A stretch of DNA of 60,224 bases, the filler included, from Hausera hauseri (lineage: Eukaryota), in assembly GCA_046269625.1 (NCBI GenBank). It is 12 parts of 12 records of this genome, joined end to end, with 100 filler letters (N's around TTAATTAATTAA, not from the genome) between each part and the next. Parts side by side here need not be neighbours in the genome. Positions count along the whole stretch, not along the records: positions 1 to 6,646 come from JBJURY010078881.1; positions 6,747 to 10,718 come from JBJURY010848191.1; positions 10,819 to 17,733 come from JBJURY010052107.1; 9 more parts are not named here. One strand, written 5' to 3'. The translations under genes were made by a program, and so were the position numbers. Positions 1-12,860 of this stretch are shown one piece after another (the first letter of the stretch is position 1; every line of letters begins with the position of its first letter). The notes under the pieces are model-generated. The model made no database searches. It saw only the letters and a program-made list of their open reading frames with translations, and was not told the origin of the DNA.

Positions 1-361
1 TGAAATGTGCAAAAATGTGCCTAGCAACGGTGCCAAACGGAACCGTTGCCTAGCACTTTATGGATCGATAGTGTTCCGGGTGCACTATCGATCGGCACAT
101 GTGCAAAATCGATTTATCGATCCAACCCCCCCCCGGGGGTTGAGCCAGAAGCGGTATTTTCCCCCTACTCTTTGTTATTGCAAACATACAACATATACCA
201 TATACAAAAACCCTTACAAATTTATTCACATATCCAGAATGATCTTAAAGATAAATTCTCGTTGGCTTTGAAGAAGCAAATGGATTATTAACATTATCAC
301 AGTTTATGATAATGAAGACGACTGATTCTATACTAAGAAGAGCCATTTTGTTTAGTCTTTC

Positions 362-870
362 CTAGCTCCTTGATGTGCGCAGGTATGAACGAATTGACTT
401 TAACTTACTAAATGACCTCTCACAAGTAGCAATAGAAACTCCATTTGTTAAAACTATTTGAATTGCTACTCTTGTATTTGGATAGACATCCTTTCTATGG
501 GAAATTATAAACTCCAGAAGATCCAGAGGAGTTTGCAATAGCAATTCTTGTCTAGTTTTGAGAAGCATCGTAATGTACAAAATGTCAGTGAAGAGTTCCT
601 CTCCATCAAAGTCAATGTTGTAAAATTCTGCAAGCCTTAAGTATTGTTCGTTAAGTATTGAATTTCTTTCATCATCAGACTTAAGAAGCATGTTAACATC
701 TAAAAATAACGCAATTTTAATATTAAAACTTTATGCTTTTGAAATCTTGTTTTCATTTCTTCCTGCAGTCGATCAACATCCTATTTCATGATTTTTTAAT
801 CTCATTTTAGCAGAAAACTTTTCATCTTGACACAACTCTCGTGGCATTTTGCGCTTTCGTCTGACTATTT
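362..870 (-). pseudogene. hAT transposase C-terminal remnant (hATC dimerisation domain)
   Basis: ORF 362..691 contains YPNTRVAIQIVLTNGVSIATCERSFSKLKSIRSYLRT, the hATC 'ERSFS.LK' motif. The disrupted upstream frame reads RRKRKMPRE (~820-860). Confidence 0.85.
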
Positions 871-1284
871 TCAATAGCTAAGTCCCATTGATCATATTAA
901 TTGTTGTGCCCACATTGGCCCGTCCAAAATGAAGAAAAATTATTATGCAAAAATTTTTGTTTAGATATTGCAGTTGTTTTTGCAATAAAGTCAAACTTTT
1001 GTTCGTTTTCTTGTAACATAATACGTTATCTGACTTCCACTCGAATTTTCTTAATATAATTTATCAGGATTTCGCAAACCTAAATTTGGATATTTTGAAT
1101 ATCCTTGTAGAGCATGATCGAAGCGAAAGTAAGTTTTAATCAAAACAATTCTGATATCTGTCTGTAGAATGATAACAATAAGAAAATTCACATTGATGTC
1201 AGAAGTGGTATTCCAGAGACCGTCGTTCCTGGAACCCACCATCATTTCCATGCACGCCGTTCTTTTTCAACAACTGCAGTGCAT

Positions 1285-1480
1285 TATCATGGATCCTTAT
1301 CCAATTTACATAGTCAGACAGTCATTATCTTAATCCTACAGACAGAACTCTATCGTTCTTCGCCCTCCTACTAGTACAGTTTCTGCAGGACCTTAATGGA
1401 ATTGCAGAAATCTTTGATTCAAACGATCCGTACAAGAAAGCATCAAATTTCCTTCTGAAAATAACAGACTCAATGCTTAA
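1285..1480 (+). pseudogene. Short decayed fragment of family A Gypsy gag
   Basis: ~1404-1475 translates AEIFDSNDPYKKASNFLLKITDSM, similar to ADILTSSNPYDMLYESVLHITDPSI in the 11568 gag. Confidence 0.5.
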
Positions 1481-1995
1481 GATTGTCGATGCATACTGTT
1501 GTGCCCATTAGGAATGCTCAAATGCTTTATTCTATTTTTCCATTTTCTTATTTTACTGTTTTCTCATTTGTGATTTTACTTCATGTAATCGCCAGCGAAT
1601 AAACAAGTTTTTGACACTTTTATCTCATAATGTCATGGCGTCCACTGGAACAACAATAGTCAGGTTCGCGTTCTTACGTGCAAGTTTTGTTATAATGTTC
1701 CACCCAAAATATTCATCGAATATTTGGCATATAGCCTTGAACTAATACCGAGTGTGTGATTAATATTCGAAATTCATATACTGTGGAATTATGTCGTTGT
1801 ATATATTGTTACGTAAAATTAATGAAAGATAATGAATATTGTTGTATACATGGTGGCAAGAAAGGAATTGATAAAAAAAGAATATTGAATATTGAGTTTT
1901 TTTAAATGTTGAATACTAATGAAATTTTGTTTTGGATTTACTAATAAAACTTCGTGTTGGATTTAATGTCTTCTAATACGTTCCGCATTTAATTA

Positions 1996-3980
1996 ATGAA
2001 ATCACATTGGCGTCAGAAACAACGAAAGATCTCCAAATATTCATACATTGTTGAAATTTACGATAAAACCGTGGACACTAGTCATTATTTATCAATAAAA
2101 TCAAATTATACGATCAACATCAACATTGTATCCACAATCTACCCAATTTACGTAAGGGAGAATGAAATAGCCTCGACAACGGTTATAGTTTTCAAAGTCG
2201 AAAATCAGGATGAAGAAGATTCAGTGTTCATGAAAATTGAAAATCCTCAACCGTATTTTGATCCGTTATCAGATGGAACTCTTGTTACGTCCAATACTAA
2301 TACGGATTATGAAAAAAGACAGTCAATATCGTTAAATATCACTGCCACAGATAACGGAAATCTATCCATAACGAAGACATTTGAAGTATTTGTCAAAGAA
2401 GCAAATGAATTTCAAATTCAACTAAAACCAGATACGATCAAAGTTTATGAAAATGCTCCAGAGAATGAACCCCTAGCAATATTTTCTGTCAAATATTATG
2501 ATATTGGACAAAACATCTCATTCGCTTTGACGGAAAATTATCGAGGAAACTTTAAATTAATTCAAAATCAACTTTGGATTAATGAGAATGAATATTTTGT
2601 TTGGAAGAAAAGTTAGCATATTGTTTAAATTATTTCGAAGATCCCCATGAATTTTTGTTGACTATTCAAGTAACCGTTTCTAGTTCATCATCGAAATCCA
2701 CGGAATTTACTGTGAAAATTATTTTTCTGGGCATAAATCATCCATCCATTGCTTTGTCGTTAAGTTACATTCGCATACATTCCAATGTTACGATTGGAAC
2801 AAATATCGGATATATTACTGTGACAGACGAAGATCCAAATGAAACGTTCTCGTATACTACATCGATTCCGAATTTATTTCAAGTTGATGAAAATTTGCAA
2901 TGGCAAACGGTGGTTAAACTGAAGTACGAAGAACAATCTGCATACGACTTAAATGTGACTTGTTCTGATAGCATGGATCAGTCAATAAATCGAGTTTATC
3001 CCATATTCATAGATTACATGAATGAAGTTCCTGTCACATTAAGCCTAGATGAATATAAAGACAAATTTGATATCAATTCAAGAAAACCGACTACTAAACT
3101 ATTTGTGTGGCATCATTTACAGTTTTAACTCAGATTTGGATGAAAACTTATCAGTTTCTTGTGATGCTGACGTAATCCGATGTGTTAATACACGTTGTCA
3201 ATCTACCTACGAAGTCGGTACCGTGTGCATGACTGATATTCGAGTTAATTATCCGAGTCAGTTGGATCATGAACGAAATCCAGTTATAGCACCTCATGTA
3301 AAAATCATGGACAACAATTTGAAATCTTTGAAATTTATTTTACAACTAAGTGTAACTGATGTGGATAACAACGAAATGGACATAATTTTCAACAGATCGG
3401 TTTCAAATGATATTAAAGTTGCTGAAAATTCAAAAAACATGTTTCTTGGTAACTTCAATATTTCGAATAGTGGTCCACTGAGCAGGTATACGTTTGATGC
3501 GTCAACCGAATTTGGCCAGTACTTCGTAATAAAGAATAAACCGAATTATGGGTATCAGACGATGCAAAATTTGATTTCAAACAAAGTGATTCGATTGTGT
3601 TACTTATTTCAGCTATGTCCGCATCAAATTTTACCAAGCCATATTCAGTAGAAATATCAGATGCTAACGACCAACCGGATTCTTTAGTTTTAAGACCAGC
3701 TTTAATCAAGGAAAACATTCCACCTAGAAATGGATTGTCTACGTTGGTTGTATCAGATCCCGACAATCCAAGACAGAAACAGATATTTACCTTTTTCTTG
3801 TTAAAGAATTTGGATACATTCCATATCAAAGGGAGAACTCTATACCTTCTACGAAGTGCTCAAATTAATTATGAAATGGTAGCACATTACACACAACATA
3901 ACGTATACACCTGTCTATTTCTTACTATCCACAACAGACAGACTCTTTTCACAACAACAAAAAGAGAAAATAAGAAATGA
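1996..3980 (+). pseudogene. Cadherin-repeat (protocadherin/Fat-like) gene fragment, frameshifted
   Basis: Four overlapping ORFs carry cadherin hallmarks: DYE..., ATDNG, V.ENAP, VTDED, LKYEE, LDHE, DANDQP, VSDPD. They are joined by apparent 1-nt indels at ~2600, ~3050 and ~3600. Confidence 0.85.
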
Positions 3981-4439
3981 TGTCTATTTCGAACAGGCAA
4001 ATTGGCGAATGATTTAACATGATAGACGATTAAATCTTTGCGATGTTGAGTTACATGACCCTACTTATTCAAATGTAACTAGAGAGGATGATTCAGGACC
4101 CGATAATTTCGAATCGAACACAGTTAAAGTAGAAAATTTGGTCATCTGCCGTATCTTTCGGGAAATTTTAATAGTGGTACAGTCTACAATAATATATCTG
4201 CCGTACCCACAGCACGAGACATTTCTACCATCTGTGGAGAGACCAGTGCATGATGAGGTAGGATTTGTCATTATTTGTTATTCGCTCGGTAACTATTTTT
4301 CTAACCCATTTCTAAGTAGAGACTCCTTTTTATTGTTTTTTCTATGTTTTTGTTTTCGACATGTTCACTGTGGGTGCAGCTTCACCTTTAACCCATATAG
4401 TCTACACAATTTCGTCCTACACTCATTTACTATTCACTA

Positions 4440-5680
4440 AAATAGGCGATACACTAGGGGTACCTGAAAATTACTTATCTCGAAACGAACCTTTTGTGAT
4501 GAGTGTTTTAAAATACAAATCGGGTGAAGCGGTTGTGATGGCTAATAAAAAATGTTTGGCCCACTTGATAAGAGTAAAACTTTTGCAAAAGATGATTTTA
4601 CATCAACAGAAATAAGGTGTAGGTGTGAAAACAAGATGTGGAAGCCTTTAAAGAAGCTTTTCGATAGTGAGGTTGTTAAAGCTAGAAAGCTGTCTGATTT
4701 CACAAATAAATTCCATGCTACTTTAAGAATGGGTTTAGCAACACTGGTTAACTTTACTCAGAGTAGCTTTATATCAATAAATAAAAAACTTGACATACTT
4801 GGTTTAAAGAAAGCGTATACATCATTCTCTCTAATAGGCCATTTGCCAAAACTGGCGTACGATCTTGTTGCAATAATTGTTCCATTGAGTCAAACGGTAC
4901 AGACTCTGTCACATTTTACGCTCATCCCGAAAGATGCATTTAAATCAAATATTCGAGCGATTTTTAACTGTAAAGACAATCTATCTGAGCAAATAGTGAA
5001 AATTTTCTATCGATTTGTTCTTGATTCTCAGTCACCGATTAGAGATGATGGCAGACCTGTACCATTTTCAAACCATGAACCAACATTTGCACAGCTTTTT
5101 GGCAAACCATCATTGATCTTGAGTCTTGAACCAATTCATGACCGTTTGGTTGAGCATGTTCAGTTAGATTTTGACCCTGACAATCTTAAATTAGACAATA
5201 TTAAAGATGATGTCGCGCAGGCCCTATTCAAATGAGGGTACTTTCAATTGGTAAGTATTTGTATCGATCCTAATAACGGGCAACCTCCTAGAGGTCTTCA
5301 GTTCCTTCTTCCTGTCAGTGATTCTAAACAAATTACTCACGACATCTTTCTTAGAACTTACTTGGCACAATTCAAGCTGAAAACTAACTATGTCGTATGG
5401 AATGTGATACTTAGCGAGGGGAAACCAAGAGAAATTCATGAGTTAATCGATCATGAATATACAAACAATGAAACTAATTCACCATATTCCCTAGCTGTCC
5501 CCGACAGTTGGATGACAAAAGTTTTCCGAGTTACAGTATTTGAAAAACCAAAAACTTTAACCAAAAAATATATACATGAAATGATAAGAATTAACACATG
5601 CTGTATAACGTCTTTTTATTACCATCCGGAAAATTAAGAATCTGGTCTTTCCTCATGACGGGTGGTTTTATTACAGTACA
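4440..5680 (+). pseudogene. UGGT: UDP-glucose:glycoprotein glucosyltransferase fragment, disrupted, no introns evident
   Basis: MFGPLDKSKTFAKDDF, VAIIVPLSQ..., IFNCKDNLSE..KIFYRFVL, FDPDNLKL, CIDPNNGQPPRGLQFLL and FKLKTN match UGGT motifs (GPL...F..DDF, DPL, FYRYVL, DLDNI, GQPPRGLQF.L, FQLKAN). There is a frameshift at ~4550 and a stop at 5233-5235. Confidence 0.85.
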
Positions 5681-5746
5681 TCCCATACTCTTGAGTCTCA
5701 AACAAACCACGGCACGATAAACAAATCAACCTTTTGTCTTACATCA

Positions 5747-6646
5747 ATGTGCCCCACATTATGGTGTGTTTCGTTACCACACCAACCACTTGAATTTACA
5801 CTGGCTATTTTTTTCCTTTTCTTGCTAAACAATCGCCATTTCCTAACATGCAGAATAACAAACTCTGTAGATGCATCCTACCTATACAACTATGTACTAC
5901 ACACCGCAAACATCTCCGACTTCTATCTTACCTACAATAATCTGCCCGTAACTAACGCCAACCTTTGTAAACTTTCTGCATTTTCAGCCCATTGTATCAT
6001 CATCCACATACACTTTCGCATACGTGGGGGATGAATTCCTCTCCCACCATAGACACCACTGATAAAAATACTCAAAAAACGCCACATTTTCCTTTTCACC
6101 AAAAATCATTGACCGTAACTACTCCATCTTCTTTCAGCAATTATGCTTCTACAACCTCGCCAGTCAAACACACGTCTCAGTGCACAGAGTACTTTATTGA
6201 CCACGAACAGTCTAACAAAACGTGGCTTAGCTTCCACAAACTCTGGTTACAATCTAACAATATCACTGATCCTGTAACCAAGGCCAATAACCTGCTTTGC
6301 CTTTTACCAACATCTGTTAAAACGGCCATTCACGATTTGCTCGATATCTTTCAGAAACCTGATCCATACACGCTTCTCTACAACGCCGTTTTGAAACTTA
6401 CGGAACCATCTATGGACTCAATAATTCACCGTTTCTTCAAAGACAATGCAATGGGGAGCAGAAACCATCTGATTTTCTTCGAACCTCACTCGTGCAGCTA
6501 CAAACACTTGGCGTAACTAAACAACATAACGCCGATCTTTTGCGACGGTACTTCTTGAACGCATTGCCCATACAAATTAGGGCCTTACTCACTGTCGTTG
6601 AAGAATCGACAACACTAGATAAATTGGCCGAACTGGCGGACAAAAC
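5747..6646 (+). mobile_element. Family A (CsRN1-like Gypsy) copy 1: ubiquitin-like domain + gag, truncated by contig end
   Basis: FYLTYNN...IHFRIRGG is followed, after a 1-nt slip, by MNSSPTIDTTD...CTEYF...LRRYFLNALPIQIRALL...LDKLAELADK, homologous to the other family A gags. Confidence 0.85.
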
Positions 6647-6746
6647 NNNNNNNNNNNNNNNNNNNNNNNNNNNNNNNNNNNNNNNNNNNNTTAATTAATT
6701 AANNNNNNNNNNNNNNNNNNNNNNNNNNNNNNNNNNNNNNNNNNNN
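6647..6746. other. Artificial contig spacer
   Basis: 44 N + TTAATTAATTAA (stops in all frames) + 44 N. Confidence 0.99.
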
Positions 6747-7696
6747 TGTGCAACGAAACAAAGAAAAGTGAAAAACTATATAGCAGAATTAAAACCAATC
6801 GACGTACCAGATAGACCTATGCAGGCTATGTGTATGGATATAGTAGGACCTTTACCTACGACTCATAAAAATAATAAATACATTGTGACATGCGTAGATC
6901 GTTTAACACATTTTGTGGAACTGATCGCACTAATTGACCAAAAGGCGGAAACTCTAGCCGACGCAGTAGTAAGGAAAATCATCTGCAGATACGGACCACC
7001 CGATCAAATACTAACCGATAGAGGAAGAAACTTTACAAGCAAATTATTTGACAAAATTTCTAAAATCTTCAAAATTGAACAACTAACCAGTACCGCTTAC
7101 TACCTTCAGTGAAATGGGATGGTCGAACGTATGAATGCAACGGTTATACGTGTCTTGTCAACCGTAGTAGAGAAGTATCAAAAGGATTGGGATGAATTTT
7201 TAGAAGGAACACAATTCGCTATCAGGATTTACACCATTTTTTATGATGTATGGACGTGAAAAAATTTTGCCTACGGACTTAGGAATGACTCCGTATTACG
7301 CAAATCCAGAAGATTTGGAACCCAACTTCGCAGAAGTTTTACAAATCAGATTACAAAAATGTTGGGATATAGCCAAGACGCTTACTTTTGAGTATCAAGA
7401 GCAATTTAAGAAACAATACGATAAAAAGGCCAAACCTCACGATTTAGAAAACGGAAAGTGGGTTTACGTACACTATCCAGTTGCCAAGAAAGGTACATCA
7501 TTAAAACTTACTCGCACCGGATGAGGACCTTATGAAGTCATTCGAACCACACCAACTACGGTGTACATTAATAAAAATGGCAAATAAGAGGTAGTATCTA
7601 TTAAAAGTTGTTAAAACAGAAATAAAGCCAGAAAGACGTTACAATTTGAGATCTAGCTCATATCAAGATAAAAAGAAAACGAAGCATCCTCCATAA
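6747..7696 (+). pseudogene. Family B Gypsy integrase core and C-terminus
   Basis: MDIVGPLP, TDRGRNF, NGMVERMN, G*GPYEV (GPY/F motif) and ERRYNLR tail; in-frame stops present. Confidence 0.92.
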
Positions 7697-9057
7697 TCAA
7701 TAGACCAATATCGTATGTTCAAATAATTTTAGCACTATCGCTAATTGCCTCCTACATTCCGAGAACACAAGCTAAATGGTGGTACGACAGCTACGGAGTT
7801 CGAAAAAGTGAAACGGAAAAAAAATCAACGGTCAAAGAAAATCAAAAACAAGAGGATGTAAGACGATTACAAGCAATGAGGATCCACTATTACTCACCTA
7901 ACTCTACATGCGTTGGATTTAAAACACGGAAACCACATCGGAATTTTGGAAGGATCCAAATTACCTTAGACGATGTGACAACAAAAGAAACAAAAAAATG
8001 TGACTTTGAGTCCGAAGAACGCACGGAATGTTGCGACACAAATTTCTGACATACTTATAATTTGACTTATCGTCTGTACCTACCAAAATTATCTAGATTT
8101 TATGAAATAAAACCACAATTTTAACTAGTTATTCCTGCTTGGAATAGGCATCACGAAGTAAAACTAAACGAAATATTGCGATCCACTGACCCAGACATAA
8201 TACTGCTAAACGAAAATATCCAGAAAATCTCTGTGAATAAGAAAAGACAATGTCTTCAAGTAAACACTCGGATGGAACTAACCGTCAGTCGCTAAATCAG
8301 TATCGTGTTTGAGACATTAATAGGACCCACTCCGAAAATAGAATATTGTTCCATTCGTGCAGGTGTACAACATCCATGTTGTAAAATACCCGTGAATCAA
8401 GAATTTAAAATAAGATTTGACTTATACGAGTTACGGCTTAATCAACCAAGCATACAATTACGAATCTACTATCCGGAAAATAGAATCTGGAAACTCTCAA
8501 TGAAAACCTCGACTAAAAAGTCGACCGCTCGATTTATCACGACGGACAATATATTTAAAACAAAACTTGAAGACATACCTATCAGATATTTGGTCCATCA
8601 GAATAGAATAGTGTTCTTTGTTGAGGAACGATTAAACTACAATGTAGAAATAAACTGTCGAACCTTATATGACAGACAAAAAGTAAAACTTATACAAAAT
8701 ACACGACAAGTCGAATGTAATACATTAAAACCCCAGACAGAATACATAATACAAATTAATGCAGCAGGAAGGCAAAATCAGACAATCACCTTACACACTT
8801 TAGCAGAAAGAATTTACCCAGATTCACAAAAAGATCAAGACATAGAAAACATAATTACTACAAATCCGATAACACAAAAAACATTTGAATTAACAACTCT
8901 ACCTATTGTACCAATCATCAGAGTATCAGCATTCATCTTATTAATATTGATTGCGTCATTTTATATAATTGCCAAAAATTGCAAAAAACAGCGTAAAAAT
9001 CGTGATAGAAGGATAAGGGTGGTTTACCAACATGACTTATATGATGAAATAACCTGA
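7681..9057 (+). pseudogene. Type-I membrane protein with signal peptide, FN3-like ectodomain, TM and Tyr-motif tail (family B 3' gene)
   Basis: Single frame with 3 internal stops (8047, 8122, 8293). Signal-like VQIILALSLIASYIPRTQA, paired CC modules, FN3 signature LKPQTEYIIQINA, TM IVPIIRVSAFILLILIASFYIIA, basic KNCKKQRKNRDRR, tail LYDEIT. Confidence 0.7.
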
Positions 9058-9130
9058 CAATTACAGACCAGGTTATTCTGTCATCAGATAGTGAAATTAT
9101 TATGTAATGAAACAAAGGTCTGTCTTAGGA

Positions 9131-9155
9131 TTAACCTTATTTTGTTTTATTTCAG
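9131..9155 (+). promoter_or_regulatory. Putative 3' splice site (branch point + polypyrimidine tract + CAG)
   Basis: TTAAC-CTTATTTTGTTTTATTT-CAG, with an ATG 13 nt downstream (ATG at 9169). Confidence 0.55.
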
Positions 9156-9168
9156 ATTGGTGAGTATC

Positions 9169-10718
9169 ATGGCAACCTGCAGCACTTCATACTTGGACAT
9201 CGATGGATTTTTGCAAACAAACGCGACAGTTATAACCCCACATTCCAAGGCCATCTACAGTCAGATACACTTAGAGATACAGAACAAATCATCAATAGAA
9301 TACAATAAAGTAGATGAAATACCCAACAGTTTGAAAGGAATCGTAGAGGAAAATAGAGTAATACGGTTGTATGCCATGCGAAATAGTGAAGATTCTCGGT
9401 CTTACAAATTACGGAATGTGAGTTAGAACGGAACAGTGACATATATATGCATCTAGCAAAAGGCGATATCTATTATAGATTGACAGAACAAAACTGGGAT
9501 TCGAACAAAGGGCGACAGTCTAAATTTAGCACTTTTAAGCTGTGCGGAGAAAGCTTAATTGAGAAAGAAAAAAAATTAAGAGTCTTAGCCCTACCTATGA
9601 GACTCATGATAGAAATCACCTGTGAAGAAATTCCGATGATATCCCTGCCTTCCTTGATATTCCATCAGTACCCAATGGAGAATCAAATAGGACAACATTT
9701 GGGGTCCTATAAACTGGTGCAGGATGGGCGAAACATCCGTATAATTACCACAAACTACAGAGAAGGAGATGATGGAAATTCCATTCCTATTGAAGTTTCC
9801 ATTAGAGACATGAAGAAAATAGAAATATATTCTAGGTTGATTGCCCCTCGAAAAAAAGTAAAGAAAACTTATGCGCAAATAACAAGCATAAAAAAGACGA
9901 ATTGATAAACGGGAAAGACGCAAAAACTGTAGAAACAGAACTAAACTACTGTTTGTATGGTTGCATGGTTGAGGGATTTTAGATCCAAGAACAAATAAAC
10001 AAATAGAAAATAAAGCCTAAAAATATAGCAGAAATTCAAGAATTTTGGGCTCACCCTAAAATCAGAGAAAAATGGACAGTGTAGACCGACACGCTCCTAT
10101 GACCATGGAAACCCATTTCAAGGCCATGATAGAAATTATGATAGGAACTCATTAGAGAATTAATCGGCAATTGTCAACTACAAAGAGAAGCCAATACCTA
10201 CGCGATATTTATGCTACAATCAGATGGGATCACGAGTGGTCACCATCAAACCCTGAAAATAACCTGCAAAGCAGTATGAATCTAAAGGAAGTGAATTCCC
10301 ACGACCGAAAACAATTCCATCCATATTCGCCAACGCGAATTGTCGAACCCAAAAAGGATAACAGTATGCAGATTACAGTATCAAATAAGGATAAAAATAT
10401 ACAATATACTGTTTTAAACCGAGAAGATATTGCCCAACAAGAAGCAAGTACTACCACATATAGATTCCAGGCACCCATAAAAACAAAGAAAATAGAGAGT
10501 CATCAAGGGACTCCAATTAAAAAGCGCAAATTGAGAGGCCCATCTGCAAAAAAGAAAAAGAGATCACTATTCGGATTTCTAAAGAAGAAAAAAAAAGGAG
10601 CAGTTCAAACTATACAAATTCTTACGGAAGTGAATGTTTTCAAAAGGAAGTAGGATAAGGAAATAACAACCAAAGAAACCCAAAAGGACATGGAAGAACA
10701 ACCTAGCATTCTGGTAAT
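9169..10718 (+). pseudogene. Unknown accessory ORF of family B, disrupted, with basic NLS-like cluster
   Basis: ORFs 9091..9426, 9447..9905 and 10171..10653 appear to be pieces of one gene (1-nt slips at ~9408 and ~9895). Contains KKRKLRGPSAKKKKRSLFGFLKKKKKG. Confidence 0.5.
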
Positions 10719-10818
10719 NNNNNNNNNNNNNNNNNNNNNNNNNNNNNNNNNNNNNNNNNNNNTTAATTAATTAANNNNNNNNNNNNNNNNNNNNNNNNNN
10801 NNNNNNNNNNNNNNNNNN
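10719..10818. other. Artificial contig spacer
   Basis: 44 N + TTAATTAATTAA + 44 N. Confidence 0.99.
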
Positions 10819-11527
10819 CATTTTAGCAGAAACTTTTAACTTGAAAACAAGTGTAGAGGATGAGGATTATTTCAAGAGTTAACATAGACAAACACTAAAC
10901 ATGGAAAACTAAACTCTCTCCAGACATTTTTTTTTAATTTATAAAAATACTAAACGCCTAACAATTTTCGAACTTGGTCCGTGTGTACTCTTCGTCGTAT
11001 TTTTACCAGCTATGTCGCCTGATGCGATGAACATTGGTGATCCATGTATCAGTGAAATTGCAACAATCGCATTCTATAGAACATCAATAAAATCTTTTTT
11101 TTTTATGTGTGGATTTAAAATATTTCACTATTCTTTTTAACATCCCAGAGATGTGAATAACGAAAAAGCGCAACTATTTCAATTTTCGTATTTCGAATCT
11201 TTTTCAAGATTCCGGAATTCAAAGATTCGAATCTCCCGTCCATATATAGTATGTTATGTGGCAACGTTTATTTACCCTTTCGCGTATGTTTGAACATTTA
11301 AAGATTTTCTCAATAATATCTAGAATGTTTGAACTTGCAGATTTGCTCTTTTGTGAGACATGCTCCAAGTAGTTTGCAGGTAAGAATCACCTTCTGATTC
11401 TCTCAGCTGTCCAGTGCAGTTAAGGTGTGCACTGTTCATAATAAGCACTCTGCACAGCACTACTTCAAGACAGGAACTCTCTCTTTAACCTGACCTTTAT
11501 GTAACATCTACCGAACTCAAGATTAAG

Positions 11528-12797
11528 ATGCTATTTTTTTCCAATAATAAACACCTCGATACTTTCAGTGCGACAAACAGAGACTTTACATTGTCTTTAC
11601 CGATATTTATCTCTCTTGCTTCACACCTCGGATTTTTATTTATCGCATCATGGATCTATCCTTAACGTCTATGACTCGCTTTCTTCCTTTTCTTCTCCAA
11701 TCGATCTCACTCTCGACTTTCCTCTACGGGGTGGATCGGACCCCGATCCTCCTTATGCTGAAAATTCCGCTAAGACCAGATCTTATCGACGTCCTGCTGA
11801 TCCTACACCAACTACCTCTCCTAATCTTCCTTGCACAGAGTTCTTCCTAGACAAAACTAATTCGAGTCGCACCTGGCTACAATTCCATTTGCGATGGCTT
11901 AAAGCCAATCACATCACAGATTCTTTCTTGGGGGCGAACAGCTTGCTGCTGCTTCTTCCAGCAAATATCATGCTACAAATCAACAATCTTGCCGATATAC
12001 TCACCTCTTCAAATCCATACGACATGCTATACGAATCAGTCCTACATATTACCGACCCTTCCATTGATAGCATAATACAAAAGTACTTTAATGAGCATGC
12101 TATCGGAACTCAAAAGCCGTCGGATTTCCTTAAAACTGCAATTTCCGGGCTGAGTCCCTTAGGCGTCACTACTACAAACAATGCCGACTCTCTTCGTCGG
12201 TATTTTCTTTCTTCCTTACCCACCTCTATTAGAGCGTTTCTCACTGTAGTAGACGATTCAACGGCACTCGAGAAACTCACATTTCTGGCAGACAGAAGTT
12301 TCGACATCTTGCAATCAAATAGTTCAGAACCACTAGCTGCAGCAACCGCTCACACGCCATCACACGCAGATAACATTTTATTTTCACAACAACTGCAAAT
12401 TATGAATAAACAATTCGATACACTTCAACAAGCAATTTCTGCGATTACAGCCCAACTTAGTGAGTTATCTGTGTCTTGACGAAGTGAAAACCGTGCTTCG
12501 CGTAATCGTAGTCTTTCCAGGCATTCTTTTCCATCCAAATTTCAAAATGGGAGAATAATTTGTTTTTATCGCAACAAATTCCAGAGACGCAAGGAAGTGT
12601 CTTTTGGGCTGTAGATTTTACGACGGACGTTATGCAGTAGACAGCCCTATCTGCATTTATCACACAAAGTATCAGTCCAAGGCCAGGTCGTGTGGGCCAG
12701 GATGCAAATATTATAAAAAGAATTTTAGTTTTTTCTATCTTCGCCTCCTCGCACTTATCATTCCTCTTCTTTTTCCCAACAAACCTCAAAAAACTAA
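11528..12797 (+). pseudogene. gag: UBL-Gag of family A copy 2
   Basis: MLFFSNNKH...(slip)...FYLSHHGSIL...LDFPLRGG-SDPDPP...LRRYFLSSLPTSIRAFL...LEKLTFLADR, then two C-X2-H-X9-C-X3-C-type fingers (the first degenerate). Confidence 0.85.
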
Positions 12798-12860
12798 CAA
12801 TGCGGCCAGATGCGACGGCACATTCGGGTATAGGCAATACCGCTGAATCTTCTGGCCGTC
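12788..12860 (+). promoter_or_regulatory. -1 ribosomal frameshift signal (A AAA AAC + pseudoknot), partly degenerate
   Basis: AAAAAAC at 12788-12794 followed by TAA. Loop GACGGC (12814-12819) is complementary to GCCGTC (12855-12860). The protease is in the -1 frame. Confidence 0.65.

Noticed and set aside
2590-3610. Cadherin frameshifts as programmed recoding or tiny introns
   Set aside because: Single-base indels explain them. The one candidate GT-AG segment I tested (~2599-2616, 18 nt) would not restore the frame.
6691-6702. Recurring TTAATTAATTAA as a biological repeat or CRISPR-like array
   Set aside because: It is always centred in exactly 44+44 N and is an artificial linker; ORFs running into X residues are artefacts.
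7522-8295. In-frame stops as an alternative genetic code
   Set aside because: Different stop codon types occur together with frameshifts across all elements, consistent with neutral decay.
11250-11527. 5' LTR for family A copy 2
   Set aside because: No visible match to the sequence after the PPT (16436 onward) and no clear PBS.
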